Positions 26,467-38,965 of a stretch of DNA of 64,000 bases are shown in pieces; within the stretch, counting starts at the first letter, position 1, and every line of letters starts with the position of its first letter. Source of the DNA: Octopus sinensis. Its lineage: Eukaryota. Position numbers and translations under genes: made by a program. The stretch spans positions 2,418,001 to 2,482,000 of the forward strand of contig NC_043002.1 in NCBI RefSeq assembly GCF_006345805.1. Direction: 5' to 3'. Under the pieces are notes generated by a model. The model was given only the letters and a program-made list of their open reading frames with translations, made no database searches and had not been told where the DNA came from.

Positions 26467-26933
26467 ATATCATTGACTCTACGGTCGTTAGATGTCGTAC
26501 GAGAGCTCTGCAATCTCACTATAGACAAATTATCACACAGAATATTTGTTTATAGTGATCAAATGTTTGTGTCCATATGAGCTCACTCACTCCATCAAAT
26601 TGACCTTACCTGTACAGGTGGATGACGTGATACATGTCAGATGATGAAAGGATCTCAGAACAACGGGAGATTAAGTGTTTTGCTCAGCGGGAGATTAAGC
26701 GTTGCACAGCGCAACGCCCGGTCTGAGAATCGAAATCATGGTCTTGCAATCGTGAGTGCAAAACACTAACCATTAAGCCATGCGGCTTTATACACACACA
26801 TATATTATTGTATGTGTATATATATATATTATATATATATATATATATATATCTATATATATATATATATATATATAAATATACACATATCCATATGTAT
26901 GTGCATATTTATGTATATATACCTCTCCATGTA

Positions 26934-26971
26934 TCTTTCTGTGGAGGAGCGTAGGCTCGAAACGTTAAAGA
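26934..26971 (+). ncRNA. Hammerhead-like variant (A6U)
   Basis: TCTTT-CTGTGGA-G-GAGC(GTAG)GCTC-GAAACGT-T-AAAGA: perfect 5-bp stem I, 4-bp stem II, palindromic ACGT. Confidence 0.55.
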
Positions 26972-27803
26972 CTTTTTTCATTTCCCGAGCGTTATACTAA
27001 TACACCTGTTTGTTGTCTACACCACCTGCCTTCGTCCTTTGTTTTGTTTTGTTTTTTGTGTGCGTGTGAATTCTCCCTATATATTTACGTATGTATACAC
27101 ACACACACACACACACACACAGAGGGTAACACATGTGTGTATATATGTGTTTGTGTATACATGTGCGTGTGAGTGAGTGTGTATGTGTGGGCGCGCGTGT
27201 GTTTCTGCATATACGAACTGAACTTCCCTTTTCACGATTCAAAGACTTTCATGCCTCGCCGATCTCCTGCCAAAAGCTGCCATTTTTGTTTCGCGAGATG
27301 CTCATCCTCGTTTATATACAAATTCTTTGTCTTCTTAATTTTCTTCATTGTTTTCATCTATTAGCTTCCATGATGTTTATTTCTGTTATTAGCGAATTGT
27401 TAATGGAAATCGGCGTTTTTCGTTTATTCACCCGTTTTTATACTGTTATACTTATCTTTGATGTTAACATCGTAGCTTTGTAGTAAGCCCGATATACCCT
27501 GCTCTCACTCCACTTCAGTCATATTCGATCTCCAATGTTTAAAGGTTCTAAAAGCGTTATTTCCTACATGAATATTTGCTTCTCGTCGCTTATACGGCGT
27601 TTTTGTCACGGCCTGTTTCATATTTTGTTATCCAGAGTACGGAGTTTGCAACTGGCAGCTTTGTGCTTACGAAACCTGCTTTTAATGAAATATTATTCTG
27701 TGAATTTGTAATCGTGTGTCTGAGTATGGATATGTGTGTGTGAGAGTGTGTATGTATGTAGGTATGTGTATAAAACACTAATACACACATACATGCATAC
27801 ATG

Positions 27804-27837
<34 letters not shown>

Positions 27838-27967
27838 ATATATATATATGTATGTATGTAGTATGTATGTATATATATATATATGTATGTATGTATGTAT
27901 GTATATATATATATAATAAAACATCTACTCTATCACTTAACTTCTCCGTTCTGTATGTATATACATA

Positions 27968-28007
<40 letters not shown>

Positions 28008-28976
28008 TGTGTGTGTGCGTGCGTGCGCGCGCATGTGTGTGTGTGTGTGTGTGTGTGTGTATTCAAATGCTGCAGAAATGCATCGCTCCCCGTGCAATCA
28101 TCCTTTTTCACTTGCCAGAATCCAGTGAGAGTTTGTTTGTCTGTTTTTATGTTTTTTTTTCTTTATTCCTCAATAACTTATAAATTATCAATAAATAGAA
28201 AGTATGCATGTCGTACGCCATGGCAAGAAGCGAATAAAACGTTTGAACGGTGTAAAAATGTCGTTAAACATTTGATTTAGGAAAGAATGAACCATTAAAG
28301 TCGACGGCGCCAATAACACATTTATCCATTCACTACGTTACTTCTCTCTCTCTATTCATGTGTGTATCTATCTCCCTCCCTCTCTCACTCTTCTCTCTCC
28401 TCTCTCCTCTCTCCTCTCTCCTATCTCCTATCTCCTCTCTCCTCTCTCCTCTCTCTCGCTGTCTCTCCGTAATTTTTTTCTACATTGACATCACGTGTAC
28501 ACTACATTCTGCTCTCTCCATTGAAGAACTCGATTCTTTTGCCTTATCCCTCTCACACTCTCGCCGCTTTTATCTCTCTTTCTCTTTCTTCTCTCTCTCT
28601 CTCTTTCCTCCTCTCTCTCTCTCTATGTCTCACTCCTGTCCTTCTTTTTCTCTTTCTCATTAGGAACCCAATAAATAGATTAAATGTGTTGTAAATAGAT
28701 TAAGTACGATCCCCCATTTTAATTATTTTTGCCTTGTTGTAGCGAAGCAACAAACAATCTCTCCTCCACCCCCACACCCGCGCAAGAAAATAGATGAACC
28801 AATCAGATTAACCCTGTACATACATACGGAGATAAATCATATATATATATATATATAGTGTGTGGTGTGTGTGTGTGTGTGTGTGGTGTGTGTGTGTGTG
28901 TGTGTGTGTGGTGTATACATATATACACACATACACGTGTGTGTATTCAGGCATAGATATGTGTATGGGTGTATGT

Positions 28977-29020
<44 letters not shown>

Positions 29021-29528
29021 TATATACATATGTATGTATGTAGAGTATTTATTTAGGCTGTTGTAAAGGTTACGTTTAACAGGCTGTAAATTAGGCGTAG
29101 CAGGCTTTCAGAAGTGTTGCCATGAAGTGTGTCGGTTTTCCTCTCTTCCAGATGTTCCAGTTACGCATCATGGTTTTCTTTGACTCGCACTAAACTCGAA
29201 AATAGACCTAACATGGAGGTGAAATCGCTCTTCTTCTAACCTAATGGCGAGAATATTCCCAGCGCCACGCGAGTTATCAGCGTCTTTTCTGTATGACCAA
29301 GAAATTCAACGCTGTTTTGAACATACATAATTAAGGTAATCGAAGAAAGTGGTAAAAGTTTTGCATTTACCAAAGTAAAATGATACCTTATTTCAGAATC
29401 ACGTTAATAGCGACCATAATTTACATTAGGCTGAAACTAATGACTGATACTCAACATGAGAAATTACTTTAGGCCTGATGTACCGCATCAGATATTCACC
29501 TGCGCACACATATGTACGTGTGTGTGTA

Positions 29529-29573
<45 letters not shown>

Positions 29574-30754
29574 GAATATGTATTGCAGATGTATATATAA
29601 GTAAATATGAGATATATATATATATAATACATATTTTTATGTATATATTATGTATATATATATATAGATATAATGTTGTATGTGTCCATAAGAATAATGG
29701 TGCATATATAAATAAATGGCTTCTTTGCACACAACCAACGCAACAACAAATGCACAAAGCATTCATTTGGCAATGTGGATTGTGTCTCTGGGCAAATTAC
29801 TCTGCGACTAACGCCGTTTATTTGTGAATGATATGAACCACATTTTCGGAGAAACAATCTACAATAGTTTGAAATTCTAAACAGAGAGAGAGAAAGAGAG
29901 TAAAAGAGAGAGAAATTCTTATCTGCGTATCCTTAATAAATTATTAGCAGAGGCATTGAGATCGCAGAACCATGTTAACATATACTGCATGTTGAAATTC
30001 AAAAGAACGGTTTTTGAGCAGAAGGAAATGTGATAGATAGAACGAAGTAATATTTTTTATTCAGTCCTGCGAAATATTAGTCGGTGTTTCACTGTGCCAA
30101 TTCCAGTGCCTTTAGGATTAAGGGAATATTCTAAGGTTCACCAATGCCTTGGGATTAAGGGAATATTCCAACGTTCAACACTAAACCGATGAAGCAAACT
30201 TGCTGCCGCCACTTTCTGATTGGACTATGTGCAACACACAGAAGAGGAATTTATTCTTTTGTCCAAAAAAATCTTTTACTATAAAATAAACCAACAACAC
30301 ATTCAATAATTTTTATTAAACACTTTAATTGGGAAACTAGAATAGTCCCTTCCTTCATATTGTTCTCTTTTGCTACTAAAAAAAAGGAAAGAAACGCGGT
30401 TACTTTGAGAATAGAGAGTCTAGAATGACTTGGAGATTCTCTTTAGTTATGCAATGAAGAATGCCATTTTAGATACCAATTACACGTTTGCGGCAATTAA
30501 TATTTTATTTCTTCATGTTGATGTTCATGTTTTCTGTTCTTGGAACAATTCTTGCAGCGTTTCTCGCCGTTTATTGCGACGTAAACTCATGTTATCTCAA
30601 TGTTCAAGGAATACTTGTAAACTTAACTTTCAATGTATAAGCTCAAATTTCGATACATGTATGTATGTGTGTATATGCGGGAATATTAAAATACTCGCGC
30701 ACACACACATATATATGTATATATATACATACACGCACCTACACAGATGTATAT

Positions 30755-30794
<40 letters not shown>

Positions 30795-31514
30795 GTGTGT
30801 GTGTGTGTATGTATGGAAAAAAATCAAGATAAAAAATGCTAAAGTAATTTCATAAAAAACATTTTAGCATCAGTTTCAGTCATTGACACTTTTTCAACTC
30901 TAAGTATGGAAAACAATTAAATTGTGGAAAAATTAAAAGGAAAGTTTTTTTAAAAGAATATTTGTATAGTATTCAAATAAAAGGGGCATTTTCCTTGTTT
31001 CTTCCTGTCTCTGTCTCTCTTGTTTAATCTTGTGGGTTCGAGGTCTTTGTGAATTCTTGGCAGGGAAGAAGAAGAAGAAGAAGAAGAAGAAGACTTTATT
31101 AAAAAGCATATATTACTCTACCTCTGCTATTCAAGTACTATTTTTTCCACCTTGTTTCGCATTTATGTGCTTACTCTTGTATGTGTGTGTGTGTATATAT
31201 ATATATATTTATATATATATATATATATATAGAGGAGAGAGAGAGAGAGAGAGAGAAGGGAGAGAGAGAGAGACAGGGAAAGAAAGAGGGAGAGATATAT
31301 ACACACACACACATACACATTGGCGCACATATACAAAGGCCATAAATACTACAATATCTTACAATGAACAACTCAGAGATAGAGTTTCCTCAAGGTCACC
31401 TGATATGCTAATATTAGCAGTCAACTCTCCTCATGTCTCTCCTGCAAACTTTAAAAATAAGTAAAGAATTGAATTACGTCTTTTTATTTTGGCTGGGTCA
31501 AATATTTTATTTTT

Positions 31515-31700
31515 GCATCAGTCATTGGACTGTGGCCATGCTGGGGCACTGCCTTGAAGAATTTTTAGTTGAATGAATCGATACCAGGACTTATTACTTT
31601 TTTATTTTAAGCCTAGTACTTATTCTAACAGGGTCTTTTGACGAACTGCTAAGTTACGGGGACGTAAACACACCAACACTGGAACAAACACAAACACACA
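31515..31700 (-). mobile_element. SINE family B, 3' half
   Basis: ggccatgctggggcactgcc...gttacggggacgtaaacacacc. Confidence 0.75.
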
Positions 31701-31717
31701 CACTCAAACACGCATAG

Positions 31718-32255
31718 TATTATTGAGTGAGAAAATAGTGCATGCCATCAAAGTGACACTGGGGTAAAATATACGAAGCCCAGTATACCCATCATGACTA
31801 CCCGTCTGATAAGAATACACCAGGCACATGCATCACAATAATATGTGCGTGACATGGTGATCTCATATCAAGATAAAACAGCACATGACCTTGTAGGTGG
31901 GGCCTAGTTAGAATTTTCTTCAGGTCAAGTAAACCCATCCCGCCCAAAAGGTCCCGGAAAAAGGTTTGTTTAAGGATGATGAACGAAACATACATGCTTC
32001 CAGAGGTGAATTCCTCTCAACACATGGCTATGATGCTCCCCCACTACTTCTGCTCATGATCAGAGATACACATATCGTCAGCCACCAAGGGACATGCTCA
32101 ACTAGTTACGGTCAAACAACTGACAAGCAAATCTGTGGTGTTGAGCAGAATACTTGCTGTAGCCCATCTTTTATACCAAGACATGATAACACCTCCAATT
32201 AATTAAGATCAGAAGCCATGAGAGCCACTGCCCGGTACTGCATCAGGGCATTTAT
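31718..32255 (-). mobile_element. Non-coding interspersed element next to (TAA)n; second partial copy at 34229-34352
   Basis: gagtgaga...gccatcaaagtgacactggggtaaaatatacgaagccc...gactacccgtctgataa is present twice; no ORF. Confidence 0.75.
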
Positions 32256-32257
32256 CC

Positions 32258-32297
<40 letters not shown>

Positions 32298-32344
32298 TAT
32301 CATTACCATTATCATTATTAATATTATTATTATTATTATCATTA

Positions 32345-32381
<37 letters not shown>

Positions 32382-32387
32382 TTTTTT

Positions 32388-34043
32388 TTCTTCTTTCAAA
32401 TTTGCTTCCATTTCTTGCCGAGTGTCTTCCCGACTCCTAGGGCAAAGAAACTCATAGTATACATTGGTAGGCCATTAAACCAAACTCAATAGTTCGTTCA
32501 TTTTTTTTTTTTAAATTTTTTTTTAAGTTAAATTAAAATACATGAGCAGCAACAGTTCTCACATCGACAATGCTCTTCTCAATATGTGTGATGTACCAGT
32601 TAAGACAATCTTTGCACTTCTTGCAGGGATGGTAAGCCAGGGATCATTCTCATATAATTTTCGGTTCCCTTCTTGATCATTCCTAGTGCTCTACGATCAC
32701 TGGTATTGTAACCGCCTTGAGATGCCACATTTTCTCAATTTCAATGAGTAGGTCTTTATATTTCTGAGCTTGTCAAACTCTTTCGCTGAGATATTATGAT
32801 CACAGGGGATGCTCATGTCGATCAATAAGCAAAACTTATTGTTTTGGTCTTTCACAACAATATCTGGCTTATTGCCTTGATGGTTCGGTCTGTATGTACT
32901 GGAAAGTCCCACAGAATCGCTACATTTTCTCCTTAGTTACAGCCTCAGGGTGGTGATTATACCACTTGTCGGCAGTTTTGATATTGTAATGCCGACTTAT
33001 TAGCCAGTGTAGATATTGGCCAACTCTGTCATGTCTTAATTTCTACTCCACTGGTGCTAAGACTTTACATCCAGAGATTAGGTGGTCCACTGTTTCAATC
33101 ATGTCGTTGCAGAATCGGCATTTTGGGTCTGCTCCATTTTTCATCACATTGGCCTGGTAGTTCCGGGTTAATAGGCTTGATCTTGAGCAGCCAGGATGAA
33201 ACCTTCGCTCTCTGCTTTTAGCCCTGAGCTCCGTAGCCACTGATGGATTGCTTCTGGTCAACATCAGCTTGTTTGCTGCGGGTCACATATTTGCCGTGCA
33301 GAGTTTCTCCTCCCACCTATCAGCCAATTGCTCGTGCGCTTTTTTCGTTGCCATTGATATTCACCCTTCTTGCAACAATAGTTGCCGTACTTCCCTCGGG
33401 TTGTTCAGTTTGGGTATCCTGCACGAGATGATCATAGCAAATGTTTTGCTTTCCTTGATGATAGAATGAAGCTTCTTTCGTCTCTCGTGATTTTCCACGA
33501 GCTTTAGCATCCAGTCATTCGATATTTCGAGATATTTGGCCAGTCCAATTGTGGTTGGTTTGCTAAGCTAGTTCAAATTGATCAGGCCTCGACCTCCTTG
33601 GGCTCTGGGAAGGTAAAGGCGATCTACGTCTGCCTTTGGGTGGTGCATCCTATTACAACTCAGCAGCTTGCGTACTTTCCTATCTATATTCTTTACTTCA
33701 CTCATATCCAGTTCAACACATTGTAGCTATAAGTAACAACTGGAACTGCTAAGGAATTTATAGCTAACACCTTGTTACGTGCATTTAGTTCAGATTTCGG
33801 ACTGCACGAACTCTCTTATAACATTCCTTCCTGATCTTCTCTTTCATGCTTGCATGCTGAATACCAGAGCCTTCATTTATCCCTAAATATTTGTATGTTT
33901 GTTTTGCTCAAGCTCTCTTATGACTGTGTCAACATCTAACACGACTGAATTTGTGGTCTTCACTTTCCCTTTCTGGAAAGTGGCCTTGGCACACTTCTCA
34001 AGTCCAAACTCCATCCCGATGTCATCGCTGAATGCTTTCACGG
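32388..34043 (-). mobile_element. R4/Dong-type RLE retrotransposon, 5'-truncated, flanked by (TAA)n on both sides
   Basis: CRFCNDMIETVDHLISGC knuckle, NKPDIVVKD...LIDMSIP, LQEVQKIVLTGTSHILRRAL*, then a 3' UTR running into (TAA)n. Confidence 0.9.
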
Positions 34044-34070
34044 TTATTATTATTATTATTATTATTATTA

Positions 34071-34115
<45 letters not shown>

Positions 34116-34116
34116 C

Positions 34117-34160
<44 letters not shown>

Positions 34161-34350
34161 CGTTATTTTTATTATTCTTCTTATTATTATTATCATTATT
34201 ATTATTATTATTATTATCATTATTATTATTATTGAGTGAGAGAGCAGTTCATGCCATCAAAGTGACACTGGGGTAAAATATACGAAGCCCAATATACCCA
34301 TCATGACTACCCGTCTGATAAAGGTACACCAGGCACATGCATCACAACCA

Positions 34351-34452
<102 letters not shown>

Positions 34453-34699
34453 CATCATTTAAAGCAGTTCGATTTGGCTCAGTGCGACATAAAGTTACAC
34501 AAGCTTCTGACGAAAACTCAGCTCGTAAGGGTCACAACGGGTTTCTACACAGCCACACCTGCGACTCGCAAATTTCCTCTTTTGCCATATGTCCTTAATG
34601 AATCGGGTTTCCTTCTTATCGTCTCTCATTAGCAGAGAGTAACCCAGAACAGTTCAGAATGGTCGCCGGAATAACTTAGCTGTGAGGAAGAAGATTCTG

Positions 34700-34845
34700 A
34701 TGTTTTAGCGGTTCGGCATAAGAGACTGATAGAATAAGTACTGGGCTTACAAAGAATATGTCTCATGGTCGATTTGCTCGACTAAAGGCGGTGCTCCAGC
34801 ATGGCCGCAGTCAAATGACTGAAACAAGTAAAAGAGTAAAGAGTG
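34700..34845 (+). mobile_element. SINE family B, 3' part
   Basis: gactaaaggcggtgctccagcatggccgcagtcaaatgactgaaacaagtaaaagag. Confidence 0.8.
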
Positions 34846-35317
34846 AGAGAGAAGGAAACGAATTTTAGTCAAAGAAGAAAAGAGAGGATGAGGTGGAAAT
34901 AAGAATTCTTTGAGTAGCTTCAAGGCCAGTTGTGGAGAAATATTTCTCTGGCTGCAGTTCCGGGTGGTTGTGTGTATAAAGTAGAAGCAGCTCTGTCTCA
35001 GATGAGGAAGCAGAATTCCATGCTGGGATTCCTTTGAGCATTGTAGAAGGTTAGATAGTGTATAAGGAATTTGGGAGAGAGGGGTGGGGTGTCAGGAGAA
35101 CATTAAGGATCTTTGAGATGTTGTCATGGATATGCTAGGGAAGTTGCTTTTCTCTAACAGAGTTTTTCAGGGATAGTGAGCTGTAGAATTTGGAATATAG
35201 GTGTCGCTTCTAATATTGTGCAGCTCGGGTTTAGGGGCAGAAATATGGAAGTTTACGAAATGTAATTGATTTTCATTTTCAACAATTTCCTCTTTTCCCC
35301 TTCCTCCGTCTCTCTTT

Positions 35318-35356
<39 letters not shown>

Positions 35357-35399
35357 CTATATCTATGTATATCAATATATGTATGTATGTATGTGCTCT

Positions 35400-35762
35400 C
35401 TCAACGAGATACCAAGCATTGACCTTTCCATGGCTCTTTGAGAGAGCACATAAATAGCAACATCATCAGAAAGAAGTCCGGCGTGAGAGATGTCATCGCA
35501 GAGTATACTCGCAGCAAGTATAGATGGGCTGGACACGTCATCCGGCTCACCGATAATCGGTGGACGCACGCAGTTGTCGTGTGGTACCCGCGTGAGCGGA
35601 AAAGACCACCCGGAAGACCTCCACGACGGTGGAGTGACGATTTCAAGAGGACGATTGGGATCACGTGGATGAGAAAGGTGCGATCCAGAGAGGAGTGGAC
35701 AGCGTGCTGTGACCAGCGGTGTCAAATGGACGCCTGACGGACTGGTCGGTCTAAGTGATCAA
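35400..35762 (+). mobile_element. RTE-clade LINE 3' end
   Basis: REHINSNIIRKKSGVRDVI...RWAGHVIRLTDNRWT...RKRPPGRPPRRWSDD...REEW. Confidence 0.88.
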
Positions 35763-35764
35763 AA

Positions 35765-35849
35765 TGAAAGTGATGTATGTATGTTTGATGTATGTATATA
35801 AATACATACATACATATATATATGCATTATGTATATATATATATATATA

Positions 35850-35910
<61 letters not shown>

Positions 35911-36146
35911 AATATATACATATATATATAGATGTATGCACATATGTACATGCATATATATAGATATATGTACATATGTATATGTATATATGTATATATA
36001 TATATATATATGCGTGTGTGGTATACGTACAGAATGTATGTATGTATATATACATATATATATATACACATATATGTGTGTGTATGTATATATATATACA
36101 TAAATGTACATATGTATATATGTATATATGTATGTATATATATATC

Positions 36147-36186
<40 letters not shown>

Positions 36187-36244
36187 TTAATATATATATA
36201 TATATATATATATTAATATATATATATATATTAATATATATATA

Positions 36245-36283
<39 letters not shown>

Positions 36284-36288
36284 GCATG

Positions 36289-36357
<69 letters not shown>

Positions 36358-36386
36358 CATATATATATACATATATATATATATAT
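35765..36386. repeat. Long imperfect (TA)n array
   Basis: Direct inspection. Confidence 0.97.
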
Positions 36387-36434
36387 GATTCACATAAAAG
36401 AACAAGGAAGGCTTCTGTTTTTATCATTTTGGCT

Positions 36435-36480
36435 TTTTTGTCCTGAAGAGTTCGATTAACGAACGAAAGCGCTACTAAAG
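36435..36480 (+). ncRNA. Minimal hammerhead ribozyme motif
   Basis: CTGAAGA-GTTCG(ATTAA)CGAAC-GAAA-GCGC-TA: intact core at 36443-36468, G-C base of stem II, palindromic AGCGCT; stem I imperfect and offset. Confidence 0.6.
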
Positions 36481-37055
36481 AATTATCCAAACTTTCGACT
36501 GCCTCCTTTCTCTCAAAATATATAAACATATGATAAAGTGTGTTCAGCCTGGGAAAATTATTCCATTCAGGTTTGCTCTCTTTCTGTTAATCGTGTGAAG
36601 CTTGCACCGCGGCATGTCTGCAAGGGTCCGACGCAATTTGTTCTCGGCCATAACCTCATATAAGAGCAGATCAATAATGAGAGAAGCAAAATAAAAGAAA
36701 TCCTGATCTTGAACGTGGTTTTCTATCATTTCATTTGTTACGTATATTTCAGTGTTCGGTAACCGATGATGTCACGCTAGAGATGCAGTTGGTGGATGCA
36801 ATTCGTAAGGGCAGCGTGCATAAGGAAACACATATTCACACCAGTTCATGCATGCGGCCCTTTTGCGGTACGTGAACGGATTTCATCTGTTGTGTGACAT
36901 CATATGTGGCTGAATAGTTGAGTATATGAACTAGTTGGAGTAACGGAGTAACGAGCCCATCTCTTTTGTGTGTTCGTGTGTGTGTGTGTGTGTGTGGAAC
37001 GCAGAGAATGCATGCTGAACACCGCATCAGTGACTAAATATTCTACATTTATGGG

Positions 37056-37281
37056 TTAACAAGGCAACCATAGTTTCGTGTGAAGAAATCTTCACAAACA
37101 ACTAAGACATTCTTACAAGCTACCTCCTGTGATCTGTGTGTTTATTTTAAAATCCTATGGAGTCTCGTGTAACCTCTCGTGTATTCTCATTTAAAATGGT
37201 GACGAACACCAACACTTCCATGTGGCACGCTTGAACAATTGTGAAGATCTCTTCACATAAAACTATTGGTTGCCTTGTTAA
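37056..37281. mobile_element. MITE with ~40-bp TIRs and TTAA flanks
   Basis: TTAA-caaggcaaccatagtttcgtgtgaagaaatcttcacaa ... ttgtgaagatctcttcacataaaactattggttgccttg-TTAA. Confidence 0.8.
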
Positions 37282-37289
37282 GCCAAAAG

Positions 37290-37610
37290 ATACATACATA
37301 CATACATACATACATGCATACATAAATACATACATACATACATGCATACATACATACATACATACATACATACATACCATACATACACATCATACATACT
37401 ACATACATACATACATACATACATACATACATACATACATACATACCTACATACATACATGCATACATACATACATACATACATACATACATACATACAT
37501 GCATACATACATACACCATGCATACATAATACATACATACATACATACATACATACATACATACATACATACATACATACATACATACATACATAATTAC
37601 ATACATATAC
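37290..37610. repeat. (TACA)n array
   Basis: Direct inspection. Confidence 0.97.
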
Positions 37611-38148
37611 ATGGCTGCACTTACAACTTAGAGGTCGATGTTGAGCAGTACTGCTTAAACCCAGAGTCGGCATTTAAGAATCTACGCCATTAGAACAGAC
37701 CAGCAATTCTATTCATTAAAGACCAACCTCATCTAACGTGCTCAGTTGTATTCAGGGAAAGAATGTTAACAAGAATTAATTCGAAATTTTATCTGAGCAC
37801 ATAATGACTTTATTCACTTCTATTTTCAGCGATTTTGAATTTCCTGAGATAAAAATATAAAGGAAGTAGTTTACAACTGAGCCGACTAGACAGAAGGGAA
37901 TCTTGAATCTAAACAATTCTCAGCGGTTCTATACAGAAAGCAGGTAATTAGTTGACACAATTCTTTATATATGGTAACTGATTTCAACGTTATAACACAA
38001 GGAATAATGTTTGCCATATTTCCATATATTTTACGAGCTTTTTAACGAATCTATTGAATTTCTGCGGCATCATGATGCTTCTTTAATATTGTAAACTCAT
38101 AAATATTTGTCTGTTCATTGTGCGCAAGTACAACACCACACCACACAG

Positions 38149-38201
<53 letters not shown>

Positions 38202-38831
38202 GTATGTATGTATGTATCTATGTATGTATGTACGTATGTATGTATGTAAATAAGTATGTATCTATGTATCTATGAATATAAGTATTTTTCTGTGTTTATA
38301 TAATTATATATATATATACATATGTAGTATGTGTATATAAAAGGTATATATATATATATAAGCATATGTGCGTATATGTATGTATGCATGTATGTATGTA
38401 TACGTATACGTATGTATATATTATGTATGTATAAAAGGTATATATGTATATAAGCATATACGTGTGTGTATGTATATATATATATGTATGTATATATATG
38501 TATTTGTGAAGTATATTTATTACTTTTGATTATATTAATTGATTATGAGAATATGGTGTGACGCTGTATTATGCAAAAACTCTATGCAAATGTATGAAAT
38601 AAATGTATATTGTGAAAGAATTAAAAACATTGTATTTACAATAAAACCAATAATTATGCGAATATATTTACACACACAACAAGGAAAAAAAGAAACTCCC
38701 ATCTTTAATGAGATTCATAAACTACTTCTAAAGTGTATAAAGATTTTCAAGAAATATTGATTAGTATGTCTTGCTCCAAAATTTCAGAATAGCGACATAT
38801 ACACACATGTATATGTATGTATATATATAAT

Positions 38832-38876
<45 letters not shown>

Positions 38877-38887
38877 TATATATATAT

Positions 38888-38965
<78 letters not shown>

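Noticed and set aside
29151-29260. Strong acceptor ttttcctctcttccag followed by a short open frame
   Set aside because: No convincing donor or homology.
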